From NCBI GenBank assembly GCA_963676915.2, contig CAXXVK010000030.1, positions 28,978 to 92,977 of the forward strand: a stretch of DNA of 64,000 bases. Reading direction: 5' to 3'. The stretch's first letter is position 1, and every line of letters begins with the position of its first letter. Positions 1 to 9,244 of the stretch are shown piece after piece. The notes under the pieces were generated by a model. It was not told the DNA's origin. It made no database searches and saw only the letters and a program-made list of their open reading frames with translations. Made by a program: the position numbers and the translations under genes. Origin of the DNA: Myxococcota bacterium (GTDB lineage: Bacteria; Myxococcota_A; SURF-8; G963663525).

Positions 1-1347
1 ATCAACATTTACGATCTCGATCACCTCGTGCCGGTCAATTCCCCGTTGATCGAATACGATTCCCAGGAGCCTACTCAGGAATCTCAGAAAATCGGCGAAT
101 ACATCGCAGCGCTCGTAGAAAGCGGCTCGACGGTGGAACTGGGAATCGGCCTGATTCCCCAGGCTTCGCTCGACCATTTCAAAGGAAAATCCAACCTTGG
201 CATTCATACCGAAATGCTGAGCGATTCCATTATCGACCTGATTGAATCGGGCGTGGTCAACGGCTCGCGGAAATCCATGGACCCCGGCAAAGTCGTTGCA
301 AGTTTCTGTATGGGCACGAAAAAACTGTACGAATACATCGATGACAACCCGATGTTCAGCTTCCGTCCCACGGAATACGTCAACGATCCGTTCACCATCG
401 CTCGTCAGACCAAAATGGTTGCCATCAACACGTCGATGGAAGTGGATCTCACCGGTCAGGTCTGTGCCGATTCGGTCGGTCCGAAATTCTATTCCGGCAT
501 CGGCGGCCAGGTGGACTTCAACCGGGGCGCGACACAATCCCCGGGCGGCAAAGCGATCATCGCCCTTCCCTCTACCGCAAACAACGGCGAAGTATCTAGA
601 ATCGTTACACATTTAAGCCCCGGCTCCGGTGTTGTCACCACCCGAGGCGATGTGCATTACGTCGTCACCGAATATGGCACCGCTTACCTCCATGGTAAGA
701 GCATTCAGGGTCGCGCACTGGCGTTGATCAGCATTTCGCACCCCAAATTCCGTGCGCAATTGATCAAAGAAGCCATCGAAGCCAAGTACCTGATGCCGGA
801 TATGGCCGCCGTGCAAGGCAAAATGTTCGTCGAACCGCCTGGACTGCGTGCTTCAATGATCATGGAAGACGGCACGCCGATCAAGTTCCGCCCAATTCAC
901 CCCACGGATGAACCTCGGATGCGCGAACTGTTCTACGCTCTGAGCGAAAGCACGATTTACTATCGTTTCGGCAGCCATATGAAGAAACTGCCGCAGAAAC
1001 AGATCCAGGATTTTGTGTATATCGACCACCGCAACGAAGTCTCCATCGTCGGCACCATTCCAGAGGCCCACGGCGAGGAAATCGTTGCCATGGGATGCTA
1101 CTATCTCGATACCAAGAACAACCGGGCCGAGGTGGCGTTGGTCACTCGCGATCCCTGGCAGAATCGCGGTATCGGAACGTTCCTGCTGAAGACATTGGCC
1201 CGAATCGCACGTCGAAACGGCATTCGCGGACTGACTGCGCAGATCCATTTCCAGAACAAAATCATGCAGAATCTGATGTACAAGATCGGCGCGAAAGTCA
1301 AAAGCGAATTGAAAGACGGAGTGTACGGAATTACGGTAGACTTTTAA
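1..1347 (+). CDS. Acetyl-CoA hydrolase/CoA-transferase family protein fused to a C-terminal GNAT acetyltransferase (5' end outside window)
   Basis: Frame is open from position 1. Family I CoA-transferase motifs LGIGxIP, GIHTEM, SGIGGQVDF, VVTEYG; C-terminal GNAT (RPIHPTDE, AEVALV, WQNRGIGT). Confidence 0.9.
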   Translation: MNIYDLDHLVPVNSPLIEYDSQEPTQESQKIGEYIAALVESGSTVELGIGLIPQASLDHFKGKSNLGIHTEMLSDSIIDLIESGVVNGSRKSMDPGKVVASFCMGTKKLYEYIDDNPMFSFRPTEYVNDPFTIARQTKMVAINTSMEVDLTGQVCADSVGPKFYSGIGGQVDFNRGATQSPGGKAIIALPSTANNGEVSRIVTHLSPGSGVVTTRGDVHYVVTEYGTAYLHGKSIQGRALALISISHPKFRAQLIKEAIEAKYLMPDMAAVQGKMFVEPPGLRASMIMEDGTPIKFRPIHPTDEPRMRELFYALSESTIYYRFGSHMKKLPQKQIQDFVYIDHRNEVSIVGTIPEAHGEEIVAMGCYYLDTKNNRAEVALVTRDPWQNRGIGTFLLKTLARIARRNGIRGLTAQIHFQNKIMQNLMYKIGAKVKSELKDGVYGITVDF

Positions 1348-1382
1348 TTGAAAAAAGCGGCTTCTCCCCTCGGAAACTTTCC

Positions 1383-1411
1383 TTGACAGAGGGGAGAAGC
1401 TTGGCTAAATT
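1383..1411 (+). promoter_or_regulatory. Sigma70-type promoter of the fadN-fadA operon
   Basis: TTGACA (1383-1388), 17-bp spacer, TAAATT (1406-1411). Confidence 0.75.
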
Positions 1412-1415
1412 GTCG

Positions 1416-1435
1416 ATGAATGACCATTCATTCAT
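1416..1435. promoter_or_regulatory. TetR-family FadR(YsiA)-like operator palindrome
   Basis: ATGAATGA-CCAT-TCATTCAT, perfect 8-bp arms, at the expected transcription start of a beta-oxidation operon. Confidence 0.75.
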
Positions 1436-1552
1436 TTTGTTCACGTAACGGCGAATATCATTGATGACCCGGCGGCCATCGCTCGGGTCTTTCGTTTGTA
1501 TTCGCTCATTGTGCAAGACGAACCTTACTCGCACTACAACAAGGAGGTATCG

Positions 1553-3940
1553 ATGGCAAGACAGATCAAAAAGGTAGCCGTCCTGGGCGCCGGTGTAATG
1601 GGTGCCGGGATAGCCGCCCAACTCACCAATTACGGGATTCCTGTCTACCTGCTTGATATCGTCCCGCCGAAACTGACGGACGAAGAAAAGCAGATTCCAG
1701 CGAAGCGCAACGCTTTCGCGGCAGGCGCCGTAATGAAGATGAAAAAGATGAAACGGCCTCCGGTGGCGTTCTACGTCCCCGAAAACGCCAACCTCGTCAC
1801 CGTCGGTAACTTCGACGATGATCTGGAAAAAATCGCCGAATGCGATTGGATCATCGAAGTAGTCGTGGAAAATCTGCAAATCAAGCAGAGCCTTTTCGAA
1901 AAAATCGAAAAGTTCCGCAAGCCCGGTACGATCATCAGCTCGAACACCTCGGGTATCGCCATCAACAAGATGGTCGAGGGACGCTCTGACGATTTCAAGA
2001 AAAACTTCTGCGTCACTCACTTCTTCAATCCTCCTTACTTCATGAAGCTTTTGGAAATGGTTCCCGGCGTGGACACCGATCCCGAAGTCATGAAAGACCT
2101 GGCGGAATTCGGCGAGACGACCCTCGGCAAAGGCATTGTCTGGGCCAAGGACACCCCCAACTTCGTCGCCAACCGCATCGGTGTGGCGGGTATCGCTTCG
2201 ACCTTCAAGCACATGGTCGAAGGTGAATACACCATCGCCGAAGTCGACGCCGTCACCGGCAAAGTTTCGGGCGCGGCCATGCCGACGTTCAAAACCACCG
2301 ACCTCGTGGGTCTGGACACCATTCATCACATCATCACCAACAGCTACGATCAACTCGAAGATGATGAAACCCGCGAAGATCTGAAAGTTCCCGAATGGCT
2401 GGCCAAGTTGATCGACAACGGCTGCCTCGGCACCAAGACCCGTAAAGGTTTCTACAAAAAAGAAGGCAAAAAGAAACTCGTTTGGGATTGGAAAGCGATG
2501 GAGTACGTCGAGCTTGAAAAAGTCAAGAACGACACCATCAAAAAAGCCAAAAACACCGACGATCCGGCTGAAAAAGCCAAAACTCTCATCGGTGCCGACG
2601 ATCGCCTGAGCCAACTGGCGTGGAAACTGTTCGTAGACAACTGCCTGTATTCGGCACGCCGCCTGGGCGAAATCTGCGACGACATCATGCAGATCGACAA
2701 CGGCATGAAATGGGGCTACAACCGTGAAAACGGCCCGTTCGAAGCCTGGGATCTCGTGGGTGTGAAAGAAAGCGTCGAGCGCATGAAAGCCGACGGCTAC
2801 GAAATTCCCGCCGTCGTCGAAACCATGCTCGAAAAGAGCGACGGAAGCTGGTACAAATCCGAGGGTGGAAAACTCTACTTCTGGGATTTCCGTGAGGAAA
2901 AATACGCTCCCGTACCGACCAAAGCCCATTGGTTCAACCTGAAACTGATGCGCGAAGACGGCAAAGTCGTCAAAGAAAACAGCGGTGCTTCGCTGATCGA
3001 CATGGGCGACGGCGTACTCTGCTGCGAGTTCCACACCAAAATGAACGCCATCGACGACGACATCATCAAGATGCTGCTCGAAGGTTGCGACATGCTCGAC
3101 GCTTCCGATAAATGGGAAGGCATGGTCGTGGCCAACCAGGGAGAGAACTTCTCCGTGGGCGCGAACCTGATGATGATCATGATGCTCGCGATGGGCAAAG
3201 ACTTCGATAACATCAAGCTGGCCGTCGAAGGTCTGCACGAAGCCAGCAAACGGCTGCGCTACTGCTCCAAGCCTACGGTTTCCGCGCCCTTCGGCATGGT
3301 CCTGGGTGGTGGTTGCGAAGTGCTGATGGCTACCGACGCGGTGTGCGCGCACTCCCTGAGCTGGATCGGTCTCGTCGAAATCGGCGCCGGCCTGATCCCC
3401 GGTGGTGGTGGTAACCTCGGTCTGCTGACCCGCTGGTTGGAAAACATCCCGGCATCTGCAGCCGTGGACCGCTTCCCCTACATCCAGAAAACCTTCGAAA
3501 CCATCGCGATGGCTACGGTTTCCAACACGGCCGAACATGCCCGCGACCTCAAATTCCTGCGCATGTCCGACCGCATCGTCGCCAACCGTGACGACCTCAT
3601 CGGCACCGCCAAGAAGATGGTTCTCGGAATGGCCACCGCCGGTTATCAACCGAAGCTGCCGCCGAACAACCTGATCCTCCCCGGCCGTCCCGGATACTCC
3701 ACCTTCGAGATGGGCCTTTACAACATGGGTCTCGGCCTGTTCGTCACCGAGCACGAAGTCAAGATCGCCAAGAAACTGGCGAACGTCCTGACCGGCGGCG
3801 ACATCGAACCGAACACGGCCGTGAGCGAAGACTACCTGCTCGAACTCGAAACGGAAGCCTTCATGAGCCTCGTCGGAGAGCCGAAGTCCATCGAACGTAT
3901 GCAGTCCCTGCTGACCACCGGCAAGCCGCTGCGCAACTAG
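1553..3940 (+). CDS. fadN: 3-hydroxyacyl-CoA dehydrogenase/enoyl-CoA hydratase (FadN-type domain order)
   Basis: AAGGAGG RBS before ATG 1553. GAGVMGAGIA Rossmann motif, SNTSG, HFFNPP, C-terminal crotonase fold (FSVGANL, GGGCE), ending GKPLRN. Confidence 0.93.
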   Translation: MARQIKKVAVLGAGVMGAGIAAQLTNYGIPVYLLDIVPPKLTDEEKQIPAKRNAFAAGAVMKMKKMKRPPVAFYVPENANLVTVGNFDDDLEKIAECDWIIEVVVENLQIKQSLFEKIEKFRKPGTIISSNTSGIAINKMVEGRSDDFKKNFCVTHFFNPPYFMKLLEMVPGVDTDPEVMKDLAEFGETTLGKGIVWAKDTPNFVANRIGVAGIASTFKHMVEGEYTIAEVDAVTGKVSGAAMPTFKTTDLVGLDTIHHIITNSYDQLEDDETREDLKVPEWLAKLIDNGCLGTKTRKGFYKKEGKKKLVWDWKAMEYVELEKVKNDTIKKAKNTDDPAEKAKTLIGADDRLSQLAWKLFVDNCLYSARRLGEICDDIMQIDNGMKWGYNRENGPFEAWDLVGVKESVERMKADGYEIPAVVETMLEKSDGSWYKSEGGKLYFWDFREEKYAPVPTKAHWFNLKLMREDGKVVKENSGASLIDMGDGVLCCEFHTKMNAIDDDIIKMLLEGCDMLDASDKWEGMVVANQGENFSVGANLMMIMMLAMGKDFDNIKLAVEGLHEASKRLRYCSKPTVSAPFGMVLGGGCEVLMATDAVCAHSLSWIGLVEIGAGLIPGGGGNLGLLTRWLENIPASAAVDRFPYIQKTFETIAMATVSNTAEHARDLKFLRMSDRIVANRDDLIGTAKKMVLGMATAGYQPKLPPNNLILPGRPGYSTFEMGLYNMGLGLFVTEHEVKIAKKLANVLTGGDIEPNTAVSEDYLLELETEAFMSLVGEPKSIERMQSLLTTGKPLRN

Positions 3941-4005
3941 GAATTATGGCTAGGACATCAAGAAATTCCGCGGCACAAGCCGCGTCAAGAAAAGGAGCTT
4001 GAATC

Positions 4006-5185
4006 ATGAGAAAAGCCGTTATCGTAGCCGCGAAGCGCACGCCGATCGGTCGCGCCAAACGAGGCACGCTGATTTACACCCGCCCCGAATCGATGGGTAA
4101 AGTGGTCATCCAGAAGATCCTCGAAGTAACCGGTGTCAAAGGTGAAGAAATCGACGACTTGGTCGTTGGTTGCGCCATGCCGGAAGCCGAGCAGGGCATG
4201 AACATCGCCCGCATGGTCGGCCTGCACGCCGGTCTGCCGGATCGCGTTCCTGCCGTGACCGTCAACCGCTTCTGCTCTTCCGGACTCGAAACCATCGCCA
4301 TGGCCGCGACCCGCGTTGTGGCCGGATACCAGGACATCGTTCTGGCCGGTGGCGTCGAAACCATGTCCATGATCCCCATGGGCGGCAACAAGATCGTCGG
4401 CCATCCCGACATCACCGCCGATTCTCACCAGATCGAAGGCTACTGCTCGATGGGTAACACCGCCGAGCACGTCGTACAGCGCTACGGTGAAGAATTCAAC
4501 CTGACCCGTGAAGAAATGGACCGCTTTGGTCTGGAATCCAACCTCAAAGCCGCTGCCGCCATCAAGGCCGGTAAGTTTGATGAGGAAATCGTTCCGATGC
4601 CGTACACCACCTGGAAAAACGGCAAAAAGATCGAAGGCGTCTTCAAGATGGACGAAGGCCCCCGCCCGAACTCCACCATGGAAGGCATGGCCAAACTGCG
4701 TCCCGCGTTCAAGGTGAAAGGTTCCGTCACGGCGGCCAACTCTTCCCAGATGAACGACGGCGCGGCTTTCGCGTTGATCATGTCCGAAGAAGAAGCCAAC
4801 AAACGTGGCTTGGAAATCCTGGCCTACTTCCGTAACTACCAGGTCGAAGGTGTCCGCCCCGACGAAATGGGTGTCGGACCTGCGGCCGCGATTCCGAAGC
4901 TGTTGGCCAAAGAAGGTCTGACCGTGGACGACATCGACGTGTTCGAACTGAACGAAGCTTTCGCCAGCCAGGCGATTGTACAGCATGCGCAAACTCGGTA
5001 TCGACCCGAAGAAGGTCAACCCGAACGGCGGCGCCATCGCTTTGGGCCACCCGCTGGGCTGCACCGGCGCGAAGCTGACCACCCAGATCGTGCACGAAAT
5101 GAAGCGCGAAGGTCACAAGCTGGGTATCGTTTCCATGTGCATCGGCGGCGGCATGGGCGCTGCGGGACTGTTTGAACGCCCCTAA
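4006..5185 (+). CDS. fadA: Acetyl-CoA C-acyltransferase (thiolase), with an apparent +1 frameshift near 4975
   Basis: NRFCSSGL and ELNEAFA in the first frame; [11 protein letters not shown] and MCIGGGMG in ORF 4976..5185. Removing one base at ~4975 gives [12 protein letters not shown]. Confidence 0.92.
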
Positions 5186-5220
5186 GGTACGTTCGACGTC
5201 CTTTCTCCATTAGGAGATCC

Positions 5221-5255
5221 AAACGGGAGGCCACATGGTCTCCCGTTTTTTGTTT
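5221..5255 (+). terminator. Rho-independent terminator after fadA
   Basis: AAACGGGAGGCC-ACAT-GGTCTCCCGTTT followed by a T tract. Confidence 0.85.
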
Positions 5256-5395
5256 CTAGTGTTGCAAAACTGTTGCCCTATGTCCTTGTCTTGATCAACA
5301 TTTACCGATTGTTGACTTTCGCCTCCGCTTTGCGCTATTTTCGACACTGGATGAGCGTTTGTTTGTGTCTCAAACCTATGAACTCGACGGTTCCC

Positions 5396-6424
5396 ATGGC
5401 AAAACTCTCTTCAGCCTTTCTCGCTTTCTGTGTTGTCACACTGTCTTGCGTTTTTCTATCCTGCACGAGTCATCTGACCGAAGATCCGGCCGATAATGAC
5501 CAGATCGCCGACCTGGATTTGGATCTTGAAGATGAAGAAAGCGAAAGCACTCCGGGCGATATCGACGAAATCGAACCCGAACCCGATGCCATCGACGAAG
5601 AACCCGAGCTGGAACCGGAGCCAGAACCAGAGCCTGAACCTGAACCGGAACCAGAGGAGGAAGAAGCAGAATACGAAGAAGCTCCTCAAATTTCTCCCTA
5701 TTCAAAGCTTTCCAATCAACTGCCGAGTTATCCAATCGACTTGGCCAATCCCGGCGCGATTCGTGTGTTCATCGAAGTCAGCGGCGAGGATCTTCCGGTA
5801 TGGGATATCAATATCCCGCTGTGGATCGTCCATCCTTTCCGTGGAGAACTGAGCATCGTGCTCGAAAGCCCGTCGGGTCGTAAAGTCACCTTGTTCGAGC
5901 CAAGTTCCGACGGAGCCTCCAACATCCTGGAAATGTTGACCGTCACCGGCTTCCGTGGCGACCGCACAACCGGCACCTGGACTTTGACCGTCACCGATAC
6001 CTTGCAAGATGACGCCGGACAACTGGTCTGGTGGACGCTGCTATTCGTCGATCCACCCGAATTCGAAACCGACCCGAGTCTTAACGCCTGGCCGATCGAA
6101 ATTCCCGACAACGACTCGTACGGCGTTACGGACGTTGTGCAAGTAGAACAAAGCGGAACGCTGAACAAAGTATGCGTTTTCGTCGCGATTCGGCACCGTT
6201 TTCCCGGAGATCTGCATATCGTGCTGACTTCACCGGACGGGGATTCGGCAGTCCTTAAAGAACGTAACGATTTGAATTCCCTGGGACTTTTCGAAACCTA
6301 CATACTGGACGACTTCAAAGGCAATGAACGCCAAGGAACCTGGGCACTTACGGTTTCCGACCGACGAACCGGCGACTGGGGCTACTGGGACGGCTGGAAC
6401 CTCACCTTCGATTGTGCTGACTGA
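5396..6424 (+). CDS. Putative lipoprotein with an acidic/EP linker and two proprotein-convertase P domains
   Basis: Lipobox-like VFLSC; (EP)n linker; two copies of H-x2-G(E/D)L-x-IVL-x-SP-x-G...G-TW-x-L-TV-x-D...G-x3-W-x-L. Start could also be 5378. Confidence 0.75.
   Translation: MAKLSSAFLAFCVVTLSCVFLSCTSHLTEDPADNDQIADLDLDLEDEESESTPGDIDEIEPEPDAIDEEPELEPEPEPEPEPEPEPEEEEAEYEEAPQISPYSKLSNQLPSYPIDLANPGAIRVFIEVSGEDLPVWDINIPLWIVHPFRGELSIVLESPSGRKVTLFEPSSDGASNILEMLTVTGFRGDRTTGTWTLTVTDTLQDDAGQLVWWTLLFVDPPEFETDPSLNAWPIEIPDNDSYGVTDVVQVEQSGTLNKVCVFVAIRHRFPGDLHIVLTSPDGDSAVLKERNDLNSLGLFETYILDDFKGNERQGTWALTVSDRRTGDWGYWDGWNLTFDCAD
5572..5660 (+). repeat. Low-complexity Glu-Pro coding repeat
   Basis: GAACC(G/A)GAGCC-type repeats encoding EPEPEPEP. 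Confidence 0.7.
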
Positions 6425-6490
6425 CAAGCTATCCTTAGGGAATTACAAGCCTTTTGCCAATTAGAATCCATTTTCCTCAAGGAGGCTTCC

Positions 6491-6817
6491 ATGCTCGCCT
6501 ATTGCGGACTCGACTGTCACCAGTGCCCTGCTTACCTTGCTACACAAAATGATGATGAGGCGTTGCGGCAAAAAACCGCCGCCGAATGGTCGGCGATGTT
6601 TCAGGCAACCATCACGCCCGAGCAAATCGTCTGTCATGGATGCAAAAGCGATGGACAAGAACAGTTCTTCCATTGTTCACAATGCGGAATTCGCTCGTGC
6701 GCACGTTCCAAAGGATTCGACACCTGCGCCCCCTGCGAAGACTACGCCTGTGATCAACTCGCTTTCGTGATCGATAACGTCCCGGAAGCCAAGGCGGCGT
6801 TGGAAAAACTGCGATAA
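6491..6817 (+). CDS. DUF3795-family Cys-rich small protein
   Basis: AAGGAGG RBS; AYCGLDCxxCPAY...CHGC...CxIRSCA...CAxC pattern. Confidence 0.8.
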   Translation: MLAYCGLDCHQCPAYLATQNDDEALRQKTAAEWSAMFQATITPEQIVCHGCKSDGQEQFFHCSQCGIRSCARSKGFDTCAPCEDYACDQLAFVIDNVPEAKAALEKLR

Positions 6818-6856
6818 CAACCTCAAACGATTTGCCAAAAATCGTTCCACGTCACG

Positions 6857-9041
6857 CTAAAACATACCGAGTTTGGGAATGGTCGTCTCGAAATAGAGCA
6901 ACGCCTGCCCATAGATATGCCAGTTTGCCGGAATGAAATCCCGCCCCATCGGTGCCATGGTGTATTTCAACATGCTTGGCATACCGGGGTGGTGATCGTA
7001 GAAATACGTAACGGAAGCCTCCAACCCGACACTGACAATAGAATGCAACGGCGCTCCTCCGCGAAAATCGCGACGACTCCACAGATGATTGTATTGCATT
7101 CGACCGCCCCCCTCTACGTTGAATGACTTCGCATCCGTAACCAAATAGCGAAAGCCACCGAAAGTTTTCAACGTCAAGCGGTTATCCAGCAGGTTCCTGT
7201 CGTAAATAACGGAAAAATAGCTGGCCAGGTTGTATTTATCCCCTTTTTTCATTCCACTTCGGATATCCAGAATTTCTGGAGCCATACCGACCGAAAACAG
7301 CAAGCGACGGGTTAAAAAACTCCACAGTGTGCCCATTACCTAAGGCATTGAGCACTACACCGAATTCCAGAGGCCGGAAACCATAGGAACTTGTATCGCT
7401 TTCGTACAGCATTTCCAGCATGTCCAGTTTGATTCCCCACCAGGAGTGTGGAACACATTTCGTTTCGAAAGGATTGACGAAGGGATAATCCACTTCCGTA
7501 CGTCCCGAACCGTCTTCCGCTTCCATTCTACAAAACAGCAAAGCAGGATTTTCCACCGCCTTGACATGCAAAAGATAGGAAGACGGCGCGAAAGTAAACA
7601 CCGAGTCGAAACGCATAACGTTGAATTGACCACTGGTCGTGGGTACTTCGGCGATGGTCGTACCGATCATCATTCCCCGCATGTTGCCGCCAGCCATACG
7701 GATTTTCCCGATTTTTACAGCTTGAATCTCCTCCTCGCGAGTCAGAGAACAGTCTTTGTCCGTTCGTCCACAGGGGCAATCGGGATCGAATTCGTTGGAA
7801 AACTTCTTTTCGACCTTCAGGTCATAGGTATCCAAACCGACCTGATCGGCAAACGGACCGAATTCCTGTTTCATGTCGCGTCGGATGTTCTCGATAATCC
7901 AGGGAAAATCCTTCTGACTGACCCATTTTTTTCCGTTATCCGGCAATAGGAACGTCCGAGCTTTCTTGGGATCGACGTAAAAATGGAATTCGTACAGATC
8001 CTCCAACCGGAGATCTTTCGGACCAGCCGTTGGAACCTCCAAAACTTCCGGCTTGTCCTTACGAACTCCGCAATAGGGAGAAAAAGCGTCCGGTACCCGC
8101 CACGGGGTGATGGAATCGCCGACCTCCATGTTACGCCGGGTAATCAGTCGCATGTCGGGGATTTTCTTCGAACTGTCCCACCAGATTCCATCCACGACAT
8201 TCAACGTTTCCTTGGTATGACCGTTGGGTAAAGGCACCAGGGAATGGACTTTCTCATTAAGAATACGAGTGACCTGCTCGTCGTAGTCGTTCCCGTTTCG
8301 AATGGCTTCAGCCCCGATTTTCGCCCCTAGAAGATTGGAATAGAGGTCTTCCGGGGAAAACGAAGAGGCTTTTTCGGAAAAGATATCGACACTGCGGTAA
8401 TCGTACCAGGTAACGATTTCGTGCCAGACGGACAGCATGAAACTGATCCGTTCCGCAAGCAACAAGGCCAGCTCGTCTTTTTCTTCCTGCGTCAGAGTTT
8501 CTTGAATGGAACGTAAAAGAATAAAGCGCTTTCCGCCTTCCGCCGGAATCGGCAACAACACGCCGCTTCCGAGTACGATACGGATTCTTTCGTACAAATA
8601 CGCCGTGTAGTCGGCATAATCCCTGATGTGGGCAATATCTACGACACCACCGCGACAGGTGTATATCAAGCCCAATTGCTCTGTTTCCACGCTGAGTTTA
8701 CGGTAGGAATGCCGTCCCAGGCGATCCGGGTACAAGATGTTGTCCAGTTTGACCGGAACGCTGGTATCGTTGAGCGTTGTCCTGAGATTATATCCCAGCA
8801 TACAGCAAGGACGAAGTTTCGGAGGTTTCAGAAAACGTTCGACCTTCACCCCGTCTGTAAACTCTTCCCGTTCTTTTTCTACTTCAGAATTGTTTTCATT
8901 ACATCCCGGAACCGTTGCACCAGCCGTCTGAGAAATCTCAGGAGAAGACTCAAGCGGTTCCGACTCCTGCGCCCAAGCGGCTGGAATCGCCCACACAAGC
9001 AGCAGCCATGCACCAATCAAACGGGAGCAAACTTCGTTCAT
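6857..9041 (-). CDS. Exported DUF4056-family protein with a long C-terminal extension; apparent frameshift at the A6 run 7314-7319
   Basis: Signal peptide (AAWA-Q). LRPCCxxGYNL, GLIYTxRGGxxDxAHxRDxAD, WHEIxxWY, SFSPEDLYSNLLG. Deleting one T joins ORF 7236..9065 to 6857..7336 (HTVEFLTRRLLF). Confidence 0.7.
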
Positions 9042-9140
9042 CCCAAAACGTCCTTCGGCAAACAATCAACTATCCGGGAAAAGAAATCCTATAGAGAATC
9101 ATAACGCCTCGGAAACGTTTTGGAAACAATCCGATGCCGA

Positions 9141-9181
9141 AAAAGAAAACCTCTCGGAACATGTCGTTTGCCGAGAGGTTT
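9141..9181 (-). terminator. Rho-independent terminator downstream of lon
   Basis: Stem AAACCTCTCGG/CCGAGAGGTTT followed by a T-rich run on the minus strand. Confidence 0.65.
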
Positions 9182-9244
9182 CTTGAGGATTTTTTTAGCC
9201 GAAACGATGGTAAATCCTTCATTAAAAAGGATTCACCGTCATTC

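Noticed and set aside
1331-3754. 807-aa antisense ORF opposite fadN (also 3985..5082 opposite fadA)
   Set aside because: Shadow ORF caused by strong codon bias in the sense gene; no RBS or recognisable motifs.
4006-5185. Programmed frameshift or true pseudogene in the thiolase
   Set aside because: No slippery heptamer, both halves are intact, and it is one of seven similar indels.
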